Below are positions 39,335-51,825 of a stretch of 64,000 bases of DNA, piece after piece (within the stretch, counting starts at the first letter, position 1; every line of letters starts with the position of its first letter). The stretch lies in assembly GCF_006345805.1 (NCBI RefSeq), contig NC_042998.1:120280001-120344000 (forward strand). The letters are read 5' to 3'. Under the pieces are notes generated by a model. That model had not been told where the DNA came from. It ran no database searches and saw only the letters and a program-made list of their open reading frames with translations. The stretch is from Octopus sinensis. Its lineage: Eukaryota. Made by a program: the position numbers and the translations under genes.

Positions 39335-40474
39335 ATATTCCTTTCTGCTATAGACACAAGGCTTGAAATTTTTGAGTAGGGGACTAGTCAATTACATCAA
39401 TCTCAGTAATCAACTACTACTTGTTTCACTGACTCTGAAAGGATGAAAGGTAAAATCAATGTTGGCGGAATTTGAACTCAGAATGTAAAGACAGATGTAA
39501 TGCCACTAAGCATTTTGTTTGGTGTGTTAATGATTCTGCCAGCTCACCATCTTCATAATGATGATGATCCTTTCTACCATAGGTTCAAGGAACCGAAATT
39601 TTGTTAGGAGAGAGCTAGTCAATTACATTGACCTCAATGCTTAACTGGTACTTATTTTATCAACTCCAAATGGATGAAAGGCAAAATCAACCTTTATGGT
39701 ATTTGAACTTGGTTTGTAATGAGTTTGAAGAAACAGTACAAAATAAGTTTTCTGACGCTCTAACAATCCCATCAGCTCAGAACCTAATTTATGATGATGA
39801 TGATGATGGTGGTGGTGGCAGTGGTGGCGCACAACCAGCAATTTCAAGGAGAAGGGAAATCGATTACATTGACTCCACTGCTCAACTGGTACTTAATTTA
39901 TTGATCCAGAAAGGATGACAAGCAAAGCCAACCTCAGCAGAATTTGAACTCAGAACATAAAGATGGACAGAATGTCACTAAGCATTTTATTCAGCATGCT
40001 AATAATAATAATGGTTTCACATTTTGGCACAAGGCCAGCAATTTTGGGGAAGAGGGCAAGTCGATTACATCAAGCCAAGTATTCAACTGGTACTTATTTT
40101 ATTGACCAAAAGGATGAAAGGCAAAATTGACCTTGTGGAATTTGAATGAAATTTTCCTAAGCAATATGCTTGGCATGCTAATGATTCAGCCAGCTCTCAG
40201 CCTTAGTAATAATAATAATGATGATAATAATAATAATAATAATAATAATGATGATGATGATAATAATCTTTTCTACTGAAGGCACAAGGTCTGAAATTTT
40301 GTGGTGGGGGGTGGGACTAGTCGATTACATTGACCCCAGTACTTGACTGGTACTTAATTTATCAACCCTAAAAGGATGAATGGGAAAGTTGCCCTCAGTA
40401 GAATTTGAACTCAAAATGTAATGATGAGCAAAATACCACTAAGCATTTCGTCCAGCTAATGATTCTGCCAGTTC
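39335..40474 (-). mobile_element. Five head-to-tail SINE family C copies
   Basis: Copies at about 39335-39554, 39565-39785, 39825-40002, 40008-40204 and 40265-40474, separated by (ATG/AAT)n. Confidence 0.9.
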
Positions 40475-40519
40475 AGAAAACCCCTTTACCACAGCAAAAT
40501 TGATACCAATGCTGGATCT

Positions 40520-40665
40520 ACATAAAAAGCACTGGTGCTGGTGCCTTTTAAAAAGCACTCAGTACACTCTGTGAAGTGGCTGGCATTAGGAAGGGCATCC
40601 AGTCATAGAAACCAAGCCAGAACAAGCAATGGAGCCTGGTGTGGACCCCAACCATGCCAGATGAT
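40520..40665 (+). mobile_element. RTE-tail repeat fragment
   Basis: aaaaagcac...ggcattaggaagggcatccag motif shared with 1004-1350 and 41838-42450. Confidence 0.7.
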
Positions 40666-40844
40666 AGCTATTAATTTCTTTCAAGGGCTCAAAATGTTAG
40701 GGACAGTACAAATGCAAAATAAGGAAAAAGCAACAAGTATATTGAGTAAAATGACAAAGATCAGCAATAACAAAAGTGATATATTGATAAATAGACAGAA
40801 AAACCCCCTCCAATAACAGTAAAGTAATAATAGTAACAACAACT

Positions 40845-41500
40845 AGCATAGGCACAAGGCCAGACATGATGTGAAAACAATTATGTTGATCCCAGTACTT
40901 GACTAGTACATTATTTTTATCAAAATCAAATGAAGAATAGCAAAGTCAACCTCAGCAGGATTTGAACTTGGAATCACAATACATTTTGTTTGACAATCAA
41001 CCAATTTTACCTTCTGTTGCCCTTTAGTAATAATAATAATTTCTAAATTTGTAACAAAGTCAGGTATTTTATTTTGATGGTATCAGACAAATTGACACCG
41101 GTACTTGACTGGTACTTACATTATCAATAGTAATAATGATTTCTAACACAGGCACAACACCATGAAGGAGTTAGTTGATTAAATCAACTCCAGTACTTAG
41201 GTTTTCTTTTTTTTTTCTTTTAATTTTGTTGATCCTTGTAAAGAGAGGAGTCAACCTTAATGGGATTTGAACATAAAGAACTGGATCGAATGTAAAACAT
41301 TTTGTCTGGTATTCTAATGATTCTGCCAACCAATCACCAACTATAATCCTTTCTACTATAAGCACAAGGCTTGGAATTTGAGGGGAGGGGTATAGTCAAT
41401 TACATTGACCCCAGTACTTGGTACTTAATTTATCGATGCCAAAAGGATGAAAGACAAAGTTAACCTCAGCGGAATTAGAATTCAGAACTTAGCGACAGGC
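40845..41500 (-). mobile_element. Cluster of 3-4 degenerate SINE family C copies
   Basis: Repeated aggcacaagg / cccagtact / aaggatgaaag motifs. Confidence 0.8.
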
Positions 41501-41659
41501 AGCAGCAGTAGTGGTGGTAGTAGTAGTAATCATTATTATTATTATTAATTCATAAGAAAAAAAACTTTCAGGCCTTGTGCCTATGCTAGAAAATTATTAG
41601 TAAGGTTAAAAGATGAAATATGTCTTAGAATATCAGAAAAAAATTCTTGGTAATATTTT

Positions 41660-41830
41660 TTTCAGGTTCATTACTTAATGAGTTCAAACTCTGCTGAGGT
41701 CAGCTTTGCCTTTCATCCTTTCAGAGTCAGTAATATAAAATACCAGTGAAATACTGGGGTCAATGCCATCGACTTGCCCCCTCCCCATAAGATTTCAGGC
41801 CTTGTACCTATAATAGAAAGGATTATTATT
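41660..41830 (+). mobile_element. SINE family C (head-truncated)
   Basis: gagttcaaactctgctgaggtcagctttgcctttcatcc...aggattattatt. Confidence 0.85.
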
Positions 41831-41837
41831 AGTGTCG

Positions 41838-42450
41838 CATAACTGACCTGTTAAAAGCACTCTTCAGTTGTTGGACATTATGCTGTGCTTGTGAAGGCTG
41901 TCAAGCCAAGTGAAATCATAGTTGTGACCAATGCCAGTGCTGTCTGGCTAATACCTTTGCTGGTGGCATGTAAAAAGCACCATTCAAACATTGGGCCTCA
42001 TGGAGGCAGTGATATCAAGCCAAGTGAGATTGTAGTTGTGGCCAATGCCAGTGTTGCATAACTGACCCATTGAAAGCACCCTTCAGCCATTGGATGATAT
42101 GCTGTGCTTGTGAAGACCTGTTGAACCAAGTGAAATCATAGTCATGGCCAATGTCAGTGCCACCTGACTGGCATGTGAAAAGCACCATTTGTGGAGGCAG
42201 TGATAGGTGACCAAGACCGTTTGTGGTATACTGTGCTTGTGTAGACCTGTCAAGATCGTAGACCTGTGAGACCATAGTCACAGCCGATGCCAGTGTCAGA
42301 TCATTGGCACGTAAAAAATACTCACTACACTCTTGGAGTAGTTGGCATTAGGAAGAGCATCCAGCCATAGAAACCTTGCCAAACCAGTTTTCAGTCAAAC
42401 CGTCCAACCCATGCCAGCATGGAAAGCGGATGTTAAATGATGGTGATAAT
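41838..42450 (+). mobile_element. RTE LINE 3'UTR-type repeat with internal tandem units
   Basis: Recurrent caagccaagtgaaatcatagt.gtggccaatgccagtg units ending in ggatgttaaatgatggtgat. Confidence 0.8.
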
Positions 42451-42454
42451 GATA

Positions 42455-42670
42455 AAGTTGGTGAGCTAGCAAAATGAGCTGGGCAAAATGGTTCATGGCA
42501 TTTCATCTATCTTTACATTCTGAGTTGAATTTCGGCAGAGGTTGACTTCGTCTTTCATCCCTTTTAGGGGTCAATAAAATAAGTACCAGCTGAACACTGG
42601 GGTCAACGTAATTGACTCATCCCTTCCCCAAAATTGCTGCCCTCGTGGAAAAAATTGAAACTATTATTAG
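42455..42670 (+). mobile_element. SINE family C
   Basis: Head ggtgagctagc, body and tgaaactatt tail. Confidence 0.85.
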
Positions 42671-43014
42671 AGAAACAAAGTTCAGCTTTGGTCTTATTCC
42701 TGGTAGGATTTATGTGGTAGCAAGTTACCACTTGTAACGTTAGATATCCACACGCTTTTGGCAGTCTTTCAAGTGCTTAAAACTCTCCTGATAATCCTTG
42801 CTGTCCATAACAGGCAAACTATCTGTAGGAGCTCTACTGGGCATTCTGTTTCAATTTCCTTCAGCCATTTGCCCATATCTTGGCTTGCTGTTCCCAACGC
42901 ACCAATTGTTACAGACACAACCTTTACTGTTCACATGCTCCAAATTCTTCCTATTTCAAATTTTGAAGGATTGTATATTCTTTATTTTTCTTTCTCTTTC
43001 TTTAAGATTCTTCT

Positions 43015-43500
43015 TCATCGTCGTCGTCGTCGTCGTAGTAGTAGTAGTGGCGGCAGCGATGATGATAATCTTTGATTCATAAGAAAACAAAAACAAAAGT
43101 TTTGCAAGGTTATGTGATTGTTATAACTCTGCTGCTGCTAATACTGTTAACTACAACAAACTATGACCACAATTACTGGTGTCACAGCTATTATCATCAT
43201 CACCACTACTAATTACTTATATTACTATTAATAATAACTTGGTTTCTAATTTAGGTGCAAGACTAGCAGTTTTAAAGGGTGTAATACTACCAATAATACT
43301 GCTATCATTATTAATGTGACTACCACTGCTGCTGCTGCTACTACTACTACTAAATAATAATGATATTAATGCTGCTGCTACAACTACTATAATTATATCT
43401 AATAAAGTTGCTATCATCATTAATACTGCTCCTACTACTACTACTGCTACTGCTACTACTACTACTACTGCTACCACCACCACCACCATCACCACTTTTT
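43015..43500. repeat. Compound trinucleotide low-complexity region ((CGT)n, (GTA)n, (CTG/CTA)n, (CCA)n)
   Basis: Direct reading; explains the poly-V, poly-S and poly-R ORFs in the track. Confidence 0.9.
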
Positions 43501-44704
43501 ACTAATGGTTGATTAGTCAGAGTTGAAATATACTCAAATTAACTCTTCTATGTCCCACAATGAAATGGACTTTGGTGATGTTGGCATTTTACTCTGTTAA
43601 AGAGCAACCCAACCTCAGTGATATTCTCTGCAAGCCCCAGCACTCAGTTTTACAATATTGATCTCTTCTGCAAACTCTCCCTCCCTCCTTCCTCCTCTCC
43701 CGCCTTCCTCCTCTCCCGCCTTTCTCCTCTCCCAATACTAACACCGCCATCATTTTACCATCATCACCCTCTTAAATGAACCATTTATGCCTGATAATGC
43801 ATCACTTCCTGTGAAGATGAGACATAGTTATGCATCATGGAAAAAAATGGGCTCTCTGTTTCCCTTAATTCTCTTTGCTTTGTAGTCACTACAGTACAGT
43901 TAGCAGATGGTGGTGAGTGTAGTAATGGTTGGGGGTTGAGTGCAGGCTTGGTGGGTGGGGATTGATTTCTGGCTTATGGGTGGGGATTGATTTCTGGTTT
44001 GTTAGAATGATCCCAATTCATGAATCACACAGTTGTTGACTTGAGTAGTCAAGAATAATTGGGTTAGCTTCCTTCAAACAGATCTGCTTGTTGAATTCAC
44101 TCTTATGTTTTCTCTCCGCTGTTGATCCTCCTACTCCTTAACTGTCATCTTCTTTTCACACATCACTCCACAACTTCCTCCTTTTTTCGTAGTTTCCAGT
44201 TTGCTTTAGAATTCCCAAAACATAGCGGGAGGAGAAGGAGGCACGTGGGTAGTGTTTGTGTTTGTGATGGTGTTGGTGGTGGTGGTGGTGAAGAGAACAA
44301 AAAAAAAAGAGAGAGAAAATTCTTTCTTAGTAGAATAGAAGATGGTGGAAATGTGGAAGATTGTTTTTAACCCACCCACCTTCTCCTTTTTCTCTTTAAT
44401 GAAAATCTGTTGAATGTAAAAAAATTCCTTTAGAAAACCTCTGACACCTTGTTGATTCTTTTCATTTAAGGGGATGGTTGGCAGTGGTGGTTTGATTTCT
44501 TTTATCCTTTATAATTTCAGTTTACATCATATTTGAAATGTTATCTTTACGTAAGCTATTTATCTGTATCTTCCTTTTTCGAAAAGTTGCTTATATTTGA
44601 ATTTTGTAAACAAAATTTGTCTCAACACCTGCTAGCCAAACCCTACCTTTAATTTTAGAGTGATTTTCTAATTGCTTACGAAGTATATACATTATCATTG
44701 TTAT

Positions 44705-44925
44705 TAAGTCAATGAGCTGACAGAATTGTCAACACATCAGGCAAAATACTTAGTGGCATTTCTTCCAATTCTTTACATTCTGTGTTCAATTCCCACTGTG
44801 GTCATCTTTGAATTTCATCCTTTTGGGGCAATAAAATAAAGTACCAGTCAAGTGCTGGGGTTGATGTCATCAACTTGTTCCCTCCTCCTAAAAATTGCTA
44901 GCCTTGTGCCAAAATTTGAAACCAA
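44705..44925 (+). mobile_element. SINE family C
   Basis: gagctgacagaat head through the ccttgtgccaaaatttgaaacc tail. Confidence 0.85.
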
Positions 44926-44929
44926 CTAT

Positions 44930-45022
44930 TCTTCTTCTTCTTCTTCTTCTTCTTCTTCTCCTCCTCTTCCCCCTCCCCTCCTCTTCCCCCTCCCCTCCTC
45001 TTCCCCCTCCCCTCCTCCTCCT
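44930..45022. repeat. Polypyrimidine/polypurine tract: (TCT)n then about 3 x CTCCTCTTCCCCCTCCC
   Basis: Direct reading. Confidence 0.95.
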
Positions 45023-45044
45023 TATTATTGTTAATGATAATAAT

Positions 45045-45452
45045 AAGGTGGCAAGCTGACAGAATCATTAGTGCGCCAGACAAAACACTTAGCGGTATTT
45101 TTTCTGTCTTTATGTTCTGAGTTCAAATTCCGCCGCAGTCGACTTTGCCTTTCATCCTTTCGGGGTCGATAAATTAAGCACCAGTTATGCACTGGGGCCG
45201 ATATAATCGACTTAATCCATTTGTCTGTCCTTGTTTCTCCTCTCTGTGTTTAGCCCCTTGTGGGTAGTAAAGGAATAGGTATTTCCTCTGTCCTTATATT
45301 CTGAATTCAAATTCTGCTGGGGTCGACTTGGCCTTTCATCCTTTCAGCATTAATAAATTAAGTACCAGTGATGCACTGGGGTCGATGTAATCAACTAGCC
45401 CCCTCCCCCAAATTTCAGGCCTTGTACCTATAGTTGAAAGGATTATTATTAT
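45045..45452 (+). mobile_element. Long (body-duplicated) SINE family C copy
   Basis: Head, body, spacer, second body and tail; well preserved. Confidence 0.88.
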
Positions 45453-45671
45453 TAATGGTTTCAAATGTTGGCACGAAGCCAGCAACTTTAGAAGCAGGGG
45501 TAGGTCAATTACATCGACTCCAGTACTCAACTGGTACTTATTTTATTGACCCCTGAAAGGGTGGAAGGTGAACTCAACCATGATAGAATTTGAACTCAGA
45601 ATATAAAGATGGACGAAATGTCACTAAGCATTTTGCCCAACATGTTTACAATTCTGCCAGCTCACTGCCTT
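45453..45671 (-). mobile_element. SINE family C, tail-to-tail with the preceding copy
   Basis: Starts immediately after the (ATT)n tail of the + copy. Confidence 0.88.
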
Positions 45672-47147
45672 CATAATAGTAATAATATAATCAGTACAAG
45701 CAAAGAAGATAGTACTCCCCACTACATTAGTCATGCAAATAATATATATTTCAAGTGAGAAATTCAATGCAATATATTGCTTTGAGTTTATTTGAAAGCT
45801 ACTCTCAGCAAGTTATTCAGAGTTATATTCAGTTCTTCAATTTGAAATAAATATGTATAAAATTCTCTTGCAGACTTATCTTCATACACTGCTGTGTGTG
45901 TGTGTGTGTGTGTGGTGTGTGTGTGTGTGTGTGTGTAGTTGCTGTTTAACCCCAGATAAGCCTTAATCCAGCAGTCCTGTAATTAAAAATACTTTGGCCA
46001 TGATTATTCCATAATTGTTTTTCATACATAAAGTAGCTAGGATTATATTATCCCAAGAGATTTGGATGTTATTTCTAGTAGGATCTTGTAAAACCTCCTG
46101 TCTTAGTTGCAGTAGGGGGATAATTGGGAGAGAATACTGCAGATAATATTCAAATTTCAACTACTGTAAGTTAGTAGTTGAACAGAAATTCCAGTATGCT
46201 GAAATTTTGGTTCTGGATTGGGCAGGGTTTTAGGCAGGTGTATAAAACATTGAAACAAAGAGTGTTGGTGGGATTAATGGATTTAAGTGTTGTCATATAA
46301 AGTGGCAAGATTGTTAATGAGTAGCAGAAGACATAGAGATGATAAAACAATTTGATCCTACTTCTGCTCAGTCATATAACTGCACTTGCTCAGCAATGTT
46401 ACTGTAGACCTACGACTGAAAGTGTTCTTGTTATGGCTATCTTATCTTTTATTTGGACAGTGTTTCTAAAACTACATTAGTCAATGTGCTCTACCTTTTC
46501 TTAAAGGCAGCAGGGTATGATTAAAGGGAAATTTGGCTGCTATTTTGCTGTTTCTAGCAAGCTGAGCCCTCTGTTAGTGGTTATGTGTGTGAATGAGTGT
46601 TCACTGACATGTATAATTATCAAATCAAAACTTCTCTTGGATACCTTCCACAATTGGCAAAATTTCATCCCTTGTCTATGACTATTTGAAAATACACTAC
46701 AAATTTATCTTAATTTTTCTTTGACTCCATTTATGGAGTCATTACTTCCCCATTTGTTGAGAATGGATCAGCATTATTTTCTTTATGCTAACCCAGTATA
46801 TCATTAATATATGACAAACAGGATAACATTTTCTTTCCTCATCTAGTCTGTCAGTCACATGATATTTCAGCTGGTCTTTACATTTAGTCCCTTGTTCTGA
46901 CAGTTTTAACATCAAATTAATTAACCATAAAATTTCAAGCTAGGCACAATGTGGGTGATGAGTGTAGGAAATTAAATTAGCTCCACTACATAACTGGTGC
47001 TTATTTAATCTATATCAGAAAGCTGAAATGTCAACTTTTGCAGGATTTGAAATCACAACATACAGCTACACATCTAAATACTGAAAGGTATCAGGTATTC
47101 CACTGATTCTATCATTCCATAATGCTTAATTAGTTAATTGATTAATT

Positions 47148-47760
47148 CATCATCATTACTTAATGCCCTCCATCCATGCTGGCATGGGGGGCACAGTTTG
47201 ACAGGAGCCAGCCAGACAGAAACCTGCACCAAAATTTTGCAACTGTTTTGGTAGGATTTTTATAGCTGGATGCCCTTTCTAACACCAACCACTTAGCAGA
47301 GTGGACATAATGCTTTTTATGTGGTACATGCACAGACGAGATCAGATTTGGCAAGGTTTTTACAACTGGATGCCCTTCTAAACACCAACCACTTTACAGT
47401 GTGGACTGAGTCACCAAGTACTTGCAAGAAAAGAAAAATTTCTTTTGAGAGGGGAGGGGGTATTGGTGGAGGTGATCTTGTGTCAGGTGATGAAAGGTTA
47501 TAGTGAGATAAAGAGACAGAAACAGGTGTCTTGCTGTAGAGGAGGTACAAGGTTACTAGGCTGGGAAGGGAGGGAGGGAGAGAGCTCGAGCTCAAGAAGG
47601 AAGACAGAAACAGGTGCACTGCTGCAAAGGAAATGCATGATTACCAACCTGAGGGAAGTGCAGGGGAAGGAGAGAGAAAGTGTGAAACAGCAGGATAGAG
47701 ATGGTGGCATTCTCAAAGGGGATGAGGATCAGAATATAAATGGAATGGTTGAGTAAAAGA
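47148..47760 (-). mobile_element. RTE-tailed interspersed repeat with a purine-rich body
   Basis: catcatcatt tail; duplicated ctggatgccctt.ctaacaccaaccact unit as in 1004-1200. Confidence 0.7.
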
Positions 47761-48089
47761 AGAGAGAGACATAGCTGGTGGCAAGTGCCAAGGCATACCC
47801 TTGATGTTCAAATGTCATAATATAAGTGGTAAGATATTGCGAGGAAGCATGATTAGAGAGTGTGGAGAGCAGGGGTGGTGTAAACTTGGGTATATATAGT
47901 GTCAGTGGGGCTACCGGATAGCAATAATACAGAGGAACAAGGCCATGAGAACAGGATTGGAGAGTGAGAGGTTGGCTTTCGTGTATGAAGGAGGAAGAGA
48001 AGAGATGTAGATTGGTTTGTTGGGGTAAGATGTGTGAAAAGTTTTCTTGTTACGTGTGGGTGGAATACACAGGTCAATAATAATAATAA

Positions 48090-48460
48090 TAATTGTTTCT
48101 ACTATAGGCACACAGCCTGAAATTTGAGGGAGAGAGATAATCACATTGACCCCAGTGCTTGACTGGTACTTAATTTATCAACCCTGATAGGATGAAAGGC
48201 AAAGTCAACCTTGGTAGAATTTGAACACAGAATGTAAAGACAGACAAAATGATGCTAAGCATTTTGCCCAGCATGCTAATGATTCTGCCAGCTCACTGCC
48301 TTACTAATTACAACAACAATCTAATTATACTGGTGTTCAAATTCTGCTGAGGTTGACTTTGCCTTTCATCCTTTCAGGGTTGATAAAATAAGTACCATTT
48401 GAGCACTGGGATCAGTGTAATCAACTTATTCTATCCCCCGTGCCAAAATTTGAAACCAAT
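48090..48460. mobile_element. Two SINE family C copies head-to-head (48090-48302 minus; 48331-48460 plus)
   Basis: gatgaaaggcaaagtcaacct at about 48192 and aggttgactttgcctttcatc at about 48350 are reverse complements. Confidence 0.88.
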
Positions 48461-49351
48461 AATTTATTATGTATACACGCAGAGACAAAGTATAGTTGTT
48501 TGAAACAAATACGAGGAATATTTACTTATATTATTTTATTGACCCCTAGTAGGGAGACTAAGTTAATCCAGGGTAAAATTTGAACTGAGAATCTAAAGAG
48601 ATGTAACTAAATACTACTCAAAATTCAACATGGTTTTCTGCTGTTAATGCCATCTATTACTATTAATATTTTTTCTTTTTTTTTAGTAATAATAATTTTT
48701 TATTATTATTTCTTTAATTATAATGATTATAATAATAATAATGATAAATAGGTTTATATATCTGGAATATTTCCAAAAGACTGTTTTGCTTGGAACAGAA
48801 TATTGAGATGAACACTTGTTGGCTCAGAGACCTGCATATACAAAGTATTGAAGGGAAAAGAAAGCAGCGAAAGAACAGCTGTGGTGGTGATGATGATAAT
48901 AATAATAATAATAATAATAATAATAGTAATAATAAATGATAAATTACTACATGGCTGTATACTCATCTTATGCACACTATTAACCACATATTTTTTTTTT
49001 AAATGTACACACCCAAGACAGTGCAGGTGTAATTATAAAATGATAGCATGCACTAATAATTAAATGATGATGATGATGATTTCCTTTAATTAGAGCCACT
49101 TAACCAATGTTTTTTAAAAAAAATGTTGGAGTGTATTTGCTTGGCTTGCTGAAAATGTAGTGCAATGCTACAGCATAAAATAATCATAATGCTAATAATA
49201 ATTAGCAGTCATTCTTGTACGGTGGTAAACTTTATTCCACACCAGAATAATGTACACTGGTTTTGTCAGCAAAGACATCATTCCTTTAAATTCCTTCTTT
49301 CTCCATTTCTCTAAATCTTTGTAATTGAGAAATCCTCATCATCATAATTGC

Positions 49352-49357
49352 TGAGAG

Positions 49358-49414
<57 letters not shown>
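49352..49414. repeat. (GA)n microsatellite
   Basis: Direct reading; a (CT)n tract also lies at about 50588-50616. Confidence 0.95.
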
Positions 49415-49419
<5 letters not shown>

Positions 49420-50585
49420 ACAAAGTTTTCCTTTTTGTCATCAGGGTGGGTAGAAGGTGATGTTATTACAGCTGAGTACCCTTCCTGCTGATAAGCACCC
49501 AACCAAGAAGTTGGGGAAGTGGGTTGACTGAAATCCAAGGGTGTGTGATAATGATGATTGCTATGTGTGAACTGGTGACCTCGTGGTTAGTAGCTTAGCA
49601 CATTTACTGCAGTGTCATTGTTAAAAGAAAACAGAGCTACTACTGCAAATTAGTTGTGGCAAGACATTTATTAACTTAATTTTCATTTCTGCAGACAACT
49701 TCATTATTGTAATTAGAATTAATAGTTGTTGAATTAGTTTTTATAAAATATATATAATCATGTCAAATTGATAAACTATGAAGTATCTTTCAGGTACACT
49801 GTTTAGAGCTTCCTGGTTGTTGTTTAGCTTCAATTCAACACTAATTCAGAAAGCCCAGTCTCCTCTTTCTCTTGGATGTTGTGTATCTGGGATTACATCA
49901 TTTATTGTGCACCACCTTTCCTTAAGTCAAGAGGGTGTGATTTGAGGGAGAACTGGCTGCTATTACTCACAGGTTTAAGTGACTGTATAAGAGGTTCCCT
50001 TATTGGATTGTTAAAATTTTTTTGTTTTTTATTCATTCTGATTGAGACCAGTAAATGAATGAGTCTCTTTCTTAGATCTATTACAGCATATATAATTATA
50101 GATATCCAATGAAGGAACCTGGTCCAATAGATACACAGCTATATATGGTTGCTCAACATAATAATAATAATAATTTTTTATTATCATTTCTTTAATTATA
50201 ATGATTATAATGATATTATTTCAAACTATAACAGTTTTAAGAACCAAATACGTAATATGGAATATAATTATAATGTCCAAAATGCCTCTTTTTACTTTCT
50301 GTTGTTAGCATAAGATACATACCCCAGTTGTAAAGAATACTCAGAAGTTTAGTTTCTTGTTTATTATACTAACAAACTTCTTCTTTCTAATATCTTTTGA
50401 AGCCATATTCGTTTCTGTCTCCATCATTCAAATATTTCTGTCAAAGAGACACAGAAGTTAATATTATCAAATTAGTATATTTTTCAATCAGTTAGCTAGT
50501 TTAATCCCTTTAGGAATGCTTACCTGTAGTAGTTCAAAACCATTTCACTGGATCAATAAAAAATACTTGTCAATATGTACACCCC

Positions 50586-50616
<31 letters not shown>

Positions 50617-51603
50617 CAAATGAGTTTAAAAAAAACTCTAAAAAGTTTAGCTGCTTCAATTTCAGCTGTAATAATAATTTCTGGAGTTTATATGCTGTGA
50701 ACTTCTTAATTAGTTGTGAGTGTAATTTGAAAGCTAATTAGTTTAATTCTTCTGAGATAGTCTATTTTCTTGTATTGTGTGCAAGGATATGTCTTGATCA
50801 TTTCATAATGGATCGCTATCATTTTACTGTCTGTGCTGAGTGTGGGGCTCAGACAGAGAGTGCTGGTTGCAACTCAATAAGTGGATCACTAAGTATTGCA
50901 GTCTAGTCTTCTCTGTTGCCCAAGTCTGTATAATTTCCTGTTGGGGAACAACTTACACATCTGATACCATATTTTTGTCAGTATTCACTGATTTTGTTTC
51001 AATTAATTTGGAAAATAATGAAGAATTTAGTAAAATTACTTTGCCATTATTAAGCTGGTGTTTAGAACATGAATTAATATAAAATTTTGATGGAAGGTTT
51101 TAAAATGGAATTTGTAACATAGAAACAAGGTTACTTTTAAGTAGGTTAGTATTGAAAGGGGTAAAGTGTGAATAGAAGATTTACTTTGACAGACTCTTCT
51201 TACAAGTTGTTGCTTGTATGATGCTGATCTCAATACTCCACATATCAAATTCAAGACCACTTCGATTTGACTGTTCTGCCAAATTATGTTGTAGTAATTC
51301 TGATGCATGGATGGTTGAGCCAGTAATGTTTGTTGATACCTATGGTGTATAGTCCAGTTTCTACAACATTTTAGAATGTTACAACTACCTTGTAGACTGA
51401 TCCTATTATCTACATGTAAATGTAGATACTAATTTTTCAGATTATAGAAAACATCTCAAGTCACATGTTATTGTAATAAGTTAATCAAAAATACTCACAG
51501 GCTGATTCTGTTGATATGGTTGATGTTTAACTTGAATATCTATAAGTTATTGTTTTCAAGAAAAACACACACCTGCTTCAGTGACTTGCCAATTTGAGTT
51601 TAA

Positions 51604-51825
51604 CCCTTTAGCATTCAGATTATTCTCTTAAATGAAATGCTTGTTTATTCACATTGTTTTGAATTTATCATGAATTATCTTATAACTTAGAGATTTTGAT
51701 GCTGTGGTAGTTTAGTTTTAGAATAACATTGTAGAGTAGGTGCGAAAGGCCAGATTTGGTCAGTTTGAATATAAAAAGCAGGTAGAATATTTTTACTGGA
51801 TGTGGCTGATATAAATGCTAAAGAG
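51604..51825. mobile_element. piggyBac-type MITE family 2
   Basis: TTAA at 51600-51603 and 51826-51829; TIR CCCTTTAGCATT/AATGCTAAAGAG. Confidence 0.88.

Noticed and set aside
42758-45083. ORFs with poly-V, S, R, K or P tracts
   Set aside because: These are translations of trinucleotide and polypurine microsatellites.
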